The notes beneath the pieces were generated by a model, which saw nothing but the letters and a program-made list of their open reading frames with translations, was not told the DNA's origin and ran no database searches. Positions 26,687 through 35,240 of a DNA stretch of 35,240 nucleotides are shown here, one piece after another. The position numbers and the translations under genes are program-made. Source of the DNA: Fibrobacteria bacterium (GTDB lineage: Bacteria > Fibrobacterota > Fibrobacteria > UBA11236); NCBI GenBank assembly GCA_041746255.1, contig JBGTHM010000128.1, positions 1 to 35,240 of the forward strand. Direction: 5' to 3'. Positions within the stretch are counted from its first letter, which is position 1. Every line of letters starts with the position of its first letter.

Positions 26687-26953
26687 TCAGGCGAGTACCG
26701 ACTCCAACCGATTTACGATATCCCGCACTTTTTCGCCGGCTTGGTGGATATTGTCGGACTTACTGCTGAGTTCCTCTCTCAATTGATGGAATTCCTCTTG
26801 ATGTTGCGCCACTTCCTTTTCAAGATTCCCTCGAGCTTCGAGGGCGGAGTGCAGTTCTGTTTTCAAAGCCTCCCGCTCCTGCTTCAATTCTTCGATGACC
26901 CGGATGGCCTGCTCCACTTTGGCCGATAAGGCCTCGAATTGCGAGAAATCCAT
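26687..26953 (-). CDS. zapB: ZapB-like coiled-coil cell division protein
   Basis: 88-aa pure coiled coil (FEALSAKVEQAIRVIEELKQE) upstream of zapA, with an AGGAG SD. Confidence 0.7.
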   Translation of the reverse strand: MDFSQFEALSAKVEQAIRVIEELKQEREALKTELHSALEARGNLEKEVAQHQEEFHQLREELSSKSDNIHQAGEKVRDIVNRLESVLA

Positions 26954-27055
26954 AATGACTCCTATTCTAATCTGATTTTGGGAATGATGGGTATAAAAAA
27001 AGCTAAAAGGAGGGGAACGGTAAAGGGCCCTTTCCGGGACCCCATTTCGTGTCCC

Positions 27056-29527
27056 TTATTTGAAGCTGATTTGCGGGTCGCGGGTAAGGTGTTCGGCCAG
27101 CTTGGCCTGCACTGCATTCACTTCCTCATCCGTAAGGGTTCGATGCGGATTCTGATAAAAAAAGCTGAAGTGGAGCGCTTTTTTCCCTTCGGGAATGCCG
27201 GGACCCCGGTAAATGCTGTTCAGACGCATGTCCCGAAAGTCCTTCAATTCATGTGCGGGAACCTTGGCCAGGATTTCTTCGTGCAAAACAGCCTCGTCCA
27301 CTACGATATTCATTTCGCGGGAGACGGAGGTGAAGGCGCCGAAAGGCCGGAAATGCGGTTGTTTCGCGGGTACCTTGACCAGAGCCGACAGGGAAATCTC
27401 CGCCACCGCGGTAGGTACGCGCAGTCCGAAGTTCAAGGCGGCTTTGGGATGTAAGGTTCCGAAGGTACCCAGTTCCAGCTCAGCCTCTCCGGGAATGGGG
27501 ACACCTCCCGCAGCCCCGGCCGCCACGATCCGGGCGCTTTCGGCAGGGTGCAGATAGGATTCCGCTCGGCGGTAGTGGTACGCCACCGGCACCTCCAAGT
27601 GGGTGAAAAGTTGTTCGAGTATGCCTTTTAAATGGTGAAAGCCAACCGGTTCGGCGGCGCCGTTCCAGGAAACCGGATTCCATTCTCCCGCCAGCACGAT
27701 GTAAAGCTTGTCCTCTTCCAGGACGCCGGGATTTTTGTCGGAGCGCCGGTCATGCGCAGTGTAAAAAGCTTTCCCCACTTCGAAAAACCGTACGTTGGGT
27801 TCCTGATTGTTTTGATTATGCACGACGGAATTCAACAAAACCGGAAGCAAGGTGGAAGGCATGATGCTCCAATCCTCACTGAGCGGGTTAAGCAAACGCA
27901 CGGTTTTCCGGCGCGGATCCTCCGGCGCGAGCATCAACCCCGATAGCGCCTTCTCCGAGGAGAAACGCAAGCTTAGCGTTTCGCGCAGTCCAACCGCGGC
28001 GAGGTTGCGACGGATACGCATCGCCAGGGTTTCCATTGCGGGCAAGGGTACATGGCGCAAGGGAAAGGCGGGCAGTCGTGAGGGAATGTTGTCAAGATTA
28101 TGCAAGCGGGCGATTTCTTCGATGAGATCGATTTCACGTTCTAAATCAACTCTGAATCCGGGAATGCTAAAAGCGTAACGTTCTCCATTACTTTCGGAGG
28201 GCGCCTCGGCCGACTTCAGCTCGATTCCTTCCAGCAGCTTTGTGATAGCCGCCCCGTCCAGCTCCAAGCCGAGCACCTGACTCACCCTTTCGCGTCGTAA
28301 ATACACAATGCGCGGCTCGCGAGGGTGCTGGGGCGACACTCTATCGATACGCCCGCGCGCCACTTGCCCGCCGGTGGTCTCCGCAATAAGGGCTGCGAGA
28401 TAATCGGACATGGCCTCCAGCCTAAGGGGATCGACACCGCGTTCAAACCGATGGGAAGAATCGGTTCCCACAGCCTGGCGTCGAGCCTGGCGCCGCACCA
28501 CCGCGGGATTGAAGTACGCCACTTCCAGAAACACGGTGCGGGTTTCGTCCCCCACCCCGGTCGCTTCGCCTCCGATTACCCCAGCCAGACAAGCGGGCCT
28601 CTCGCCGTCGGCGATGACCAAATCTTCTCCGGTAAGAGTCCGTTCCACATGGTCGAGGGTAACCAGTTTCTCCCCCGCCTTAGCGCGTCGAATCAAGACC
28701 TTCTTCCCCACCATACTATCCAGGTCGAAGGCATGCGAGGGATGCCCGTATTCATGGAGCACATAATTGGTGACATCTACCACGTTGTTGATGGATTTGA
28801 TCCCTACGCTTTTCAAAGCCGTGACCAGCCAATCCGGACTGGGGCCGACGCGCACTCCCTGGATGACCCGGCCGATATAGCGCGAACATCCCAACCAATC
28901 TTCGACCTTCACCTCCGCCAGCGTCGCGGCTTCGGGGCCTGTTTCCACGAGTTTGGCCTCGGGGTACTTAAGAGAGCGTCCGAAACGGCCCGCGAGCTCC
29001 CGAGCCACGCCCAGGTGACACAAGGCGTCGGGCCGATTGGGAGTGACGCTTATGTCGAAGAGGGTGTCACAAAGTCCAGGCAAGTCTTTGAGCGGCGTTC
29101 CCGGTACGGCGTCGCCGGGTAGGACCATGATACCGTCATGCCCGTCGCCCAGACCCAACTCGTCCTCGGCGCATATCATTCCCAGCGACTCTTCACCACG
29201 TAATTTGGTTTTCTTGATGGTGATCCCGGCGGGCAACACGGCGCCGACGCGCGCGAACAAAACCTTCTGGCCGGCGGCGACGTTGGGAGCTCCGCATACG
29301 ACGGGAACCGTTTGCTTACCGTCGTTGACCAGGCAGAGGCGCAGCTTATCCGCGTTGGGGTGCTGACGGCACTCGGCGACTTCGGCCACGACCACGCCTT
29401 CGATATCCGCTCCCTTTTGCGAAAAGCCTTCCACCTCGAAACCCAACGAGGTAAGGGCGACCGAAAGTTCGCGAGGCGATTCGGAAAGGTCTACGTATTT
29501 TCTAAGCCAATTCAAACTGATGAGCAT
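27056..29527 (-). CDS. pheT: Phenylalanine--tRNA ligase beta subunit
   Basis: MLISLNWL, HPNADKL, VVCGAPNV, TPNRPDAL, RFERGVDP, DLIEEIAR and a C-terminal FDX-ACB domain (RTLTDEEV). Confidence 0.98.
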   Translation of the reverse strand: MLISLNWLRKYVDLSESPRELSVALTSLGFEVEGFSQKGADIEGVVVAEVAECRQHPNADKLRLCLVNDGKQTVPVVCGAPNVAAGQKVLFARVGAVLPAGITIKKTKLRGEESLGMICAEDELGLGDGHDGIMVLPGDAVPGTPLKDLPGLCDTLFDISVTPNRPDALCHLGVARELAGRFGRSLKYPEAKLVETGPEAATLAEVKVEDWLGCSRYIGRVIQGVRVGPSPDWLVTALKSVGIKSINNVVDVTNYVLHEYGHPSHAFDLDSMVGKKVLIRRAKAGEKLVTLDHVERTLTGEDLVIADGERPACLAGVIGGEATGVGDETRTVFLEVAYFNPAVVRRQARRQAVGTDSSHRFERGVDPLRLEAMSDYLAALIAETTGGQVARGRIDRVSPQHPREPRIVYLRRERVSQVLGLELDGAAITKLLEGIELKSAEAPSESNGERYAFSIPGFRVDLEREIDLIEEIARLHNLDNIPSRLPAFPLRHVPLPAMETLAMRIRRNLAAVGLRETLSLRFSSEKALSGLMLAPEDPRRKTVRLLNPLSEDWSIMPSTLLPVLLNSVVHNQNNQEPNVRFFEVGKAFYTAHDRRSDKNPGVLEEDKLYIVLAGEWNPVSWNGAAEPVGFHHLKGILEQLFTHLEVPVAYHYRRAESYLHPAESARIVAAGAAGGVPIPGEAELELGTFGTLHPKAALNFGLRVPTAVAEISLSALVKVPAKQPHFRPFGAFTSVSREMNIVVDEAVLHEEILAKVPAHELKDFRDMRLNSIYRGPGIPEGKKALHFSFFYQNPHRTLTDEEVNAVQAKLAEHLTRDPQISFK

Positions 29528-29572
29528 GATGCCGTCCAATCCATGAGCGGAAAAAGGAGTTCGCGACGCAGC

Positions 29573-30595
29573 TTAAAACTGCCGCAGAAAACGGTCGTCG
29601 TTCCGAGTGAGCAAACTGATGTCCGGTATCCCGAATTTCAGCATGGCGATGCGATCGATTCCGAAGCCGAAGGCAAAACCGGTATATTTTTCGGAGTCCC
29701 ATCCGACATTTTCGAATACATTGGGATCCACGCAGCCGCAGCCTCCGATTTCGATCCAGCCGCTTCCCTTGCACACTTTGCACCCTTCGCTTTTGCAGAA
29801 GATGCAGGAGAGATCCATCTCCGCGGACGGCTCCGTAAAGGGGAAATAACTGGGCCGGAAACGAAGCGTTACATCGGACCCGAACATATGTTTGGCCCAG
29901 GCGAACAAGGTGCCTTTCAAATGGGCGAAAGAGATGCCTTCATCCACTACGAGACATTCCACCTGTTGGAACATGGGGGAATGGGTGGCGTCGTTGTCTA
30001 CCCGATAAACGGTTCCGGGCTGAATCAGCCGTAGCGGGGGTTGGCCATGCTCCATGGCATGGATTTGCACATTGGAGGTATGCGTCCGCAAAACCACCTT
30101 ATCGTCGATATAGAAGGTATCGTGCATATCGCGCGAACTATGATCCGGGGGAATGTTAAGCGCTTCGAAATTATACCAGTCGGTATCGATTTCGGGACCT
30201 TCCCCCAAAGCAAAACCCATGGAATGGAAATAGGCGATGATATCTTCCCGAACCCGGGTGATGGGATGCAAGCTGCCCGGGCCGATGCGCCAGCCGGGAA
30301 GGCTTGGATCCACCTTGCTGGATTCGAGATTCGCAGAAATCTCCCTTTCCTCCAACTCGCGCTCCGCCTGTTCGAAGCGCGCTTCCGCATCGCTGCGTAA
30401 AGCATTTACTTGCTGCCCAAAAGCCGGCCTTTCTTCGACGGATAAGTGCCCCATATTCCGCATCAGGGCGGAAATCTCCCCCTTGCGTCCGAGGTATTTG
30501 CTTTTGGCCTGTTGGAGATCGTGACGGTTTCCTTCTTGTCCGAAGGATTTCAAGTCCCGATCCAAGTTTTCGCGAATGGCGGCGATTGCATCCAT
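29573..30595 (-). CDS. pheS: Phenylalanine--tRNA ligase alpha subunit
   Basis: YLGRKG, LRTHTS, DATHSPMFQQVE, RPSYFPFTEPS and GFAFGFGIDR. Confidence 0.98.
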   Translation of the reverse strand: MDAIAAIRENLDRDLKSFGQEGNRHDLQQAKSKYLGRKGEISALMRNMGHLSVEERPAFGQQVNALRSDAEARFEQAERELEEREISANLESSKVDPSLPGWRIGPGSLHPITRVREDIIAYFHSMGFALGEGPEIDTDWYNFEALNIPPDHSSRDMHDTFYIDDKVVLRTHTSNVQIHAMEHGQPPLRLIQPGTVYRVDNDATHSPMFQQVECLVVDEGISFAHLKGTLFAWAKHMFGSDVTLRFRPSYFPFTEPSAEMDLSCIFCKSEGCKVCKGSGWIEIGGCGCVDPNVFENVGWDSEKYTGFAFGFGIDRIAMLKFGIPDISLLTRNDDRFLRQF

Positions 30596-30699
30596 GGTAT
30601 TCCCGGGTGAAAATCAGTTTTGGGTAAAATAAGTTACAACTGCTCCGTCGCCAAATAGAGGCTGAACATCTTTAATCGGAGAGTAGTAAATAGGTGCGA

Positions 30700-30776
30700 G
30701 GAAAATGCGGGGTGAAGACACACCCGCGTACAGAAGCAGACAGGTTACGCGGGTGACAAGCCACCCGTCAGTCACC
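30700..30776 (-). promoter_or_regulatory. Cluster of mutually exclusive hairpins between rplT and pheS (terminator/attenuator-like)
   Basis: Perfect 10-bp inverted repeat CACCCGCGTA (30721-30730) / TACGCGGGTG (30746-30755). Each arm can alternatively pair with 30707-30714 or 30761-30767, and the last hairpin is followed by AUUUU. Confidence 0.5.
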
Positions 30777-30793
30777 AAACCGCGGAAGCGAAT

Positions 30794-31144
30794 TCAGGCG
30801 GCTTTGGCCTGACCAACCAATTGTTCGAAGGCGGCCGCATCGGAAATAGCCAAGTCGGCGAGGATTTTACGATCCAATTGGATTTCGGCTTTTTTCAAAC
30901 CGGCGATGAATTTCGAATAGGAGATGCCGAAAGTTCTTGCCGCGGCATTGATGCGTACTGTCCAAAGAGTACGGAAAAGCGCCTTGCGGTCTTTCCGGTG
31001 CTCGTAAGAGAATTTCCGCGCCTTGTCCACCGCTTCCTTGGCGATACGCAGGTTGGATTTGCGACGGCCATAATAGCCCTTGGCCGCTTTCATGATTTTC
31101 TTGCGACGGGTTCTCGAGGGAACCCTGTGTGTACTTCTAGGCAT
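30794..31144 (-). CDS. rplT: 50S ribosomal protein L20
   Basis: [28 protein letters not shown] and [10 protein letters not shown]. Confidence 0.98.
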   Translation of the reverse strand: MPRSTHRVPSRTRRKKIMKAAKGYYGRRKSNLRIAKEAVDKARKFSYEHRKDRKALFRTLWTVRINAAARTFGISYSKFIAGLKKAEIQLDRKILADLAISDAAAFEQLVGQAKAA

Positions 31145-31189
31145 CCGTCAGCTCCAGATTCTTATGCGAAAAATGTGATAGGGGAAAAA

Positions 31190-31387
31190 TTAACGGCCCA
31201 ACAAAAGCTTTTTGATTCGTGGCTCATCCACGGCGCTGATATAGTGTTCAGCTCCCAAACGACGCTTCCTTCCCGGGGCCTTTTTAGCCTGGATATGGTT
31301 ACGGTTGGTTGCCTTGCGCTTGATGCGACCGGTGGCCGTCAGCTTGAAGCGTTTTTTGGCTCCACTATGCGTTTTGCTCTTAGGCAC
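31190..31387 (-). CDS. rpmI: 50S ribosomal protein L35
   Basis: MPKSKTHSGAKKRFKLTATG. GTG start after an AGGAGGA SD. Confidence 0.98.
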   Translation of the reverse strand: MPKSKTHSGAKKRFKLTATGRIKRKATNRNHIQAKKAPGRKRRLGAEHYISAVDEPRIKKLLLGR

Positions 31388-31445
31388 TGAAATTCCTCCT
31401 GAAAATACTTTTTATGAATGAACGGCGGACATCCCGCTTTTTCAC

Positions 31446-32120
31446 TCAACTTTCGGACTTATCGCCCGTACGCGTAACCTGCATTTCGGGAAACCCGGTA
31501 TCACCTTCATCGTCCGGGGAATCGCCTGTTGAATCGTCATCCGATTCGCTTTTTCCATCCGGCTTTTTGGTTTTGACCAGGTTCTTATCCGGCGCAAAAA
31601 TCATGGTCATATTGCGACCTTCTTGCACGGAATTCCCTTCCGCTATGCCGAAACCCTTTAAATCTTCCGTCATTTTCGTAAGCCAGCGCCGTCCATAATC
31701 CAGATGCGCCATCTCGCGGCCACGAAAAACCACCGTCGCCTTGACCTTGAATCCCTTTTCCAGAAATTCCTTGCCCTGAACGAGGCGGTAATTATAGTCA
31801 TTTTCACCGGTTTTGGGATGGAATTTTATTTCCTTAACCTTGATGATATGCTGCTTCGCCTTTGAGGCTTTTGCTTTTTTTGAGGTTTCATATTTATACT
31901 TGCCGTAATCCATGATTCGGCAAACCGGTGGACGAGCAGTGGGTGACACTTCGACCAGATCCAGGTTTCGGGCCCGTGCCCTTTCGAGGGCAGCCGGAAC
32001 TTGCATTAATCCAAGTTGGCCTCCATCCATGTCAATCACCCTGATTTCAGGGGAGCGAATCATTTCGTTGATGCGGGTCGTATCCTTCGAGGCAAAAAAT
32101 GGTCTTCGTGGTAATCTCAC
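31446..32120 (-). CDS. infC: Translation initiation factor IF-3
   Basis: RINEMIR, LDLVEVSPTARPPVCRIMDYGKYKYE, VKEIKF and FRGRE. GTG start and an acidic C-terminal extension. Confidence 0.97.
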   Translation of the reverse strand: MRLPRRPFFASKDTTRINEMIRSPEIRVIDMDGGQLGLMQVPAALERARARNLDLVEVSPTARPPVCRIMDYGKYKYETSKKAKASKAKQHIIKVKEIKFHPKTGENDYNYRLVQGKEFLEKGFKVKATVVFRGREMAHLDYGRRWLTKMTEDLKGFGIAEGNSVQEGRNMTMIFAPDKNLVKTKKPDGKSESDDDSTGDSPDDEGDTGFPEMQVTRTGDKSES

Positions 32121-32124
32121 CCTT

Positions 32125-34044
32125 TTAGTTTTTCCTTTCGTAAATATCCAATTTAAATTTTTCCAGGGCTGCGTCTAAGGGGAAATTCCCCAAATCACCC
32201 TCTTTTCTCCGACGAAGGCTGATTGAGCGATTTAAATGCTCTTTTTCGCCCACAATGGCTAGGTAAGGAACCTTTTCCTTTTCCCCTTCCCGGATTTTAT
32301 AACCGATTTTATCATTTCTTTCATCCACCTCGGCCTGAATCCCGGCATCCAACAAGACTTTCGTGACCTCCTTGGCATACTCCATGAATTTTTCCGAAAT
32401 GGGCAGCACGCGAACCTGTTGAGGGTTTATCCAAAGGGGCAAATCCCCGGCATAATTCTCAATTAATATGGCCATGAAACGCTCAATGGACCCGAAAATA
32501 GCCCGGTGGAGCATTACCGGCGCGTGTTTCTGAGAATCGGAACCGATGTAATCGGCTCCCAGCAAATGCGGAAGGTTAAAGTCGACTTGGATGGTACCGC
32601 ATTGCCAGGGGCGACCCAGGCTGTCTTTGAGGGTAAACTCTAGTTTTGGTCCATAAAAGGCGCCGTCACCCTCGTTGAGCTCATATTCCACTCCAGCCAT
32701 TTCGCAAGCTTTCCGTAGCGCCGCCTCGGAACGATCCCAAATGGCATCGTCGCCCACCCGCTTTTCCGGCCGGTCGGCCAAGCGGATCAGAACCTCGGTA
32801 AAGCCGAAATCGGAATAAACTTCCATAAGTAATTTGCAGAAATCGGCTACCTCGGATGCGATTTGTTCCTCGGTGCAGAAAATATGGGCATCATCCTGGG
32901 TAAAGCCACGGACCCGCATAAGCCCGTGCATGGTGCCGGCCAATTCATTCCGATGGCATTTGCCGAATTCCGCCAGGCGCATGGGCAAATCCCGAAAGGA
33001 TTTCACTCCCTGCTTGAAAACCTCGACATGGCAGGGACAGTTCATGGGTTTTATCACGAAACGATGATTCTCGCTTTCCGTGAAAAACATGTTTTCGCTG
33101 TAGTTGGTCACGTGGCCCGACTTGGTGTACAGCTTGACATCCACCACTTCGGGAGTACGTACTTCGAGATAGCCTCTGCGCGAAATCTTCTCGCGGATAT
33201 ACTGCATCAAGTTAAGGTACAGCTTCCATCCGCGGGGGTGCCAGAAAACCATTCCCGGCGATCCTTCATCGAGATGAAAATAATCCAACTCACGGCCCAG
33301 GCGCCGATGGTCCCGCTTTTTGGATTCTTCCAGCATGTGCAAATGCCCGGCGAGATCCTTTTTGTTCAAGAAGGCCGTGGCGTAAATCCGCTGCAGCATG
33401 GGCCGACGCACGTCCCCGCGCCAATAGGCCCCGGCCACCGACAAAAGCTTGAAATGGCCGAGCTTTCCCGTAGAGGGGACATGCGGGCCCCGGCAAAGGT
33501 CCGCGAATGGGCCTTGACGGTAAAAACTCACTTTTTCGTCGCTCCACTCCTCAAGCAATTCGACTTTGTAAGGCTCGGCGTGGTCGGAGTCCTTGAAATA
33601 GGCTATCGCCTCAATCCGGGACATTTCATACCGCTCGACCGGAAGATCCTCATTGGCGATTTCGGCCATACGCTTTTCGATGGCGGGAAAGTCATCCGGC
33701 GTGAACTTATGGGAGGAGTCGAAATCGTAATAAAAGCCATTTTCAATGGTGGGTCCGATGGTCAGTTGGGTCCCCGGAAAAAGTTCCACCACGGCCATGG
33801 CCATGAGGTGCGCGGTGGAATGGCGGACGATTTCCAAGGCCTCTTGGTCGCGCGAGGTGAGGATGCGCAGGTTTCCGGATTCATTCAGCCGGGAAGACAA
33901 ATCCAGCAAGCGTCCGTTGAATTCTGCGGCGATGGCGGCGCGTGCCAATCCCTCTCCGATTCCACTCACGATTTCGGTTATGGGCGTACCTTCCGCCACG
34001 CTCCTCAAAGAGCCGTCGGGCAAAGTGACATTTAGGGATGACAC
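32125..34044 (-). CDS. thrS: Threonine--tRNA ligase
   Basis: TGS domain (TLPDGS), RHSTAHLMA, DLCRGPHVPST, KPMNCPCH, GAFYGPK and HRAIFGSIERF. Confidence 0.99.
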   Translation of the reverse strand: MSSLNVTLPDGSLRSVAEGTPITEIVSGIGEGLARAAIAAEFNGRLLDLSSRLNESGNLRILTSRDQEALEIVRHSTAHLMAMAVVELFPGTQLTIGPTIENGFYYDFDSSHKFTPDDFPAIEKRMAEIANEDLPVERYEMSRIEAIAYFKDSDHAEPYKVELLEEWSDEKVSFYRQGPFADLCRGPHVPSTGKLGHFKLLSVAGAYWRGDVRRPMLQRIYATAFLNKKDLAGHLHMLEESKKRDHRRLGRELDYFHLDEGSPGMVFWHPRGWKLYLNLMQYIREKISRRGYLEVRTPEVVDVKLYTKSGHVTNYSENMFFTESENHRFVIKPMNCPCHVEVFKQGVKSFRDLPMRLAEFGKCHRNELAGTMHGLMRVRGFTQDDAHIFCTEEQIASEVADFCKLLMEVYSDFGFTEVLIRLADRPEKRVGDDAIWDRSEAALRKACEMAGVEYELNEGDGAFYGPKLEFTLKDSLGRPWQCGTIQVDFNLPHLLGADYIGSDSQKHAPVMLHRAIFGSIERFMAILIENYAGDLPLWINPQQVRVLPISEKFMEYAKEVTKVLLDAGIQAEVDERNDKIGYKIREGEKEKVPYLAIVGEKEHLNRSISLRRRKEGDLGNFPLDAALEKFKLDIYERKN

Positions 34045-34090
34045 GGCGGATACCTTTCCTTACTTCGATGCGGGCCAGAAAATAGAAATA

Positions 34091-34420
34091 TTACTCGCTC
34101 TGGGGATAACTGGCATTGAAGGAGTACGAAATCACCACCTCTTGTTTATCAAAGGTAACGACCAGGTCGCGGGTTTTTGCGGCGCTGAATGCCGAATATC
34201 GGTACCATCCAAAGGTCCAAGTAGGGTTGCCGTCGTCGCTCCCCGTTCGCCAGGGTTCGCCGAACTTGGCCTGAATATCCTGGCGGGTGGTTTCACCAAT
34301 AATGATTCCCTCGACATGTTGGGCGGGAAATTGCCTTCCCACCGTTACGCAACCGATTAGAAGCAAGATGGCCGCCGAAACCGCCAGGAAAGCAGAGAAT
34401 CTGGATGAAATCACATTCAT
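34091..34420 (-). CDS. SmpA/OmlA (BamE-like) small lipoprotein
   Basis: Lipobox LIGC after a hydrophobic stretch. The IGETTRQDIQAKFGEP...W...LVVTFD pattern matches the SmpA/OmlA fold. Start at ATG 34420. Confidence 0.65.
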   Translation of the reverse strand: MNVISSRFSAFLAVSAAILLLIGCVTVGRQFPAQHVEGIIIGETTRQDIQAKFGEPWRTGSDDGNPTWTFGWYRYSAFSAAKTRDLVVTFDKQEVVISYSFNASYPQSE

Positions 34421-34500
34421 GGAAATTTCCTTTTCGCGACCGGAGATTGAAAGTGAAAGGAGAAAAACCGGGCGCGGAGACAATCTACATAGCTCAGGTA

Positions 34501-35220
34501 TTAAAACCCGAAAGCCACGCCTAAATAGGGCATAATGCTTTGCATGGGCATTTCGGTACCGTTTGCCAGGGCTTTCCCGGCCCTCGCGTCATAAATTCGG
34601 GTCCGGTATTCAAGCTTCGCGACGAGTCGGTAAATATCGTATAAAGGAAAATTGGCGCCGAGCGAAAGCAGCCACCCGGACCCCAGGCGCATGGAAAGGC
34701 TTCCGGATGAGCTCCCGCCGGTGGTTTTGAGATCTCCACGGGTATTATCGTCCAACCAGCCAATGGCGGCATAGCCAAATTCGGCCTGAAGGGGATCCCA
34801 GAAAACCTGTATCAAAGGTCCCAGCCAGAACTCCGTGTATGCGCCTCCGCTCTGGGTTCCCGATACGGGATTTTTACGGGAATCGAGGCTATGGAGGCTA
34901 GTTTGCGTGCGTAGTCCCTCGTCGAGATGAAGGAACATACCCAGTGCCATGTATGGACTGAAATGGAATGAACCCGAGAGGTTGAGGCTGAGCAGGTAAT
35001 GATCAACCACGTGAAGAGCGTTGTCTCCTCCCTCAGCTTGCACGCGCTGTTGCAACTGATGCACCCCGAAGGCGGCATCGATGCGGGAGGATAGCAGAGG
35101 ATTCGGGGATTCCGCAGCCTCAAGGACTGTCGCCATGGATACAAACAAAACCTGGAGAGCAAGCCATTTTAGGATCCCAAGTTCTCCCAAGGACATGCTT
35201 ACATCGTTAGCTTGCTTCAT
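34501..35220 (-). CDS. Putative outer-membrane beta-barrel protein
   Basis: Hydrophobic N-terminal signal-like segment, alternating amphipathic strands and a C-terminal YLGVAFGF ending in Phe (BAM recognition signal). Confidence 0.6.
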   Translation of the reverse strand: MKQANDVSMSLGELGILKWLALQVLFVSMATVLEAAESPNPLLSSRIDAAFGVHQLQQRVQAEGGDNALHVVDHYLLSLNLSGSFHFSPYMALGMFLHLDEGLRTQTSLHSLDSRKNPVSGTQSGGAYTEFWLGPLIQVFWDPLQAEFGYAAIGWLDDNTRGDLKTTGGSSSGSLSMRLGSGWLLSLGANFPLYDIYRLVAKLEYRTRIYDARAGKALANGTEMPMQSIMPYLGVAFGF

Positions 35221-35240
35221 TGGAGGTATTCAGGCAGAAG

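Noticed and set aside
27020..27055. Intrinsic terminator after pheT
   Set aside because: The stem is bulged and followed by only a short U-run, so it is too weak to call.
30614..30775. GTG-initiated short ORF as a pheM-like leader peptide
   Set aside because: It has no SD and no Phe cluster, and it runs through the hairpins rather than stopping in segments 1-2.
32105..32125. Canonical ATT start for infC autoregulation
   Set aside because: The ATT next to the SD-like sequence is out of frame. The in-frame candidate is GTG 32120.
32863..34035. 390-aa plus-strand ORF
   Set aside because: It lies fully antisense to thrS with no recognisable motifs, so it is a codon-bias shadow ORF. The same applies to 28325-29122 and 29312-30034 opposite pheT/pheS.

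Overview
Bacterial chromosomal window, about 55% GC by eye. The secretion signals and gene content suggest a diderm of the FCB superphylum, possibly Fibrobacterota (inference). Left part: the end of a glycosyltransferase, trxB, and a divergent operon of a MoxR-type AAA+ ATPase, a 617-aa conserved hypothetical protein and thiD. Centre (5.2-20.2 kb): three large paralogous secreted proteins of 1261, 1102 and about 2300 aa. They share a ~530-640 aa C-terminal module ending in a T9SS-CTD-like tail but have different N-terminal arrays (novel ~80-aa repeats, Ig/Big, FN3, Fn3-associated domains) and no recognisable catalytic domain. This constant-base/variable-tip family is the most interesting element. 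Next come a secreted coiled-coil orphan and a lipoprotein-ABC operon divergent from a two-component system. Right part (minus strand): thrS-infC-rpmI-rplT-pheS-pheT-zapB-zapA-6S RNA, preceded by an outer-membrane barrel and a BamE/SmpA-like lipoprotein. The rplT-pheS spacer has attenuator-like alternative hairpins. No transposase, integrase, reverse transcriptase, CRISPR array, tRNA or rRNA was seen. All family assignments come from motif recognition by eye, not database searches.
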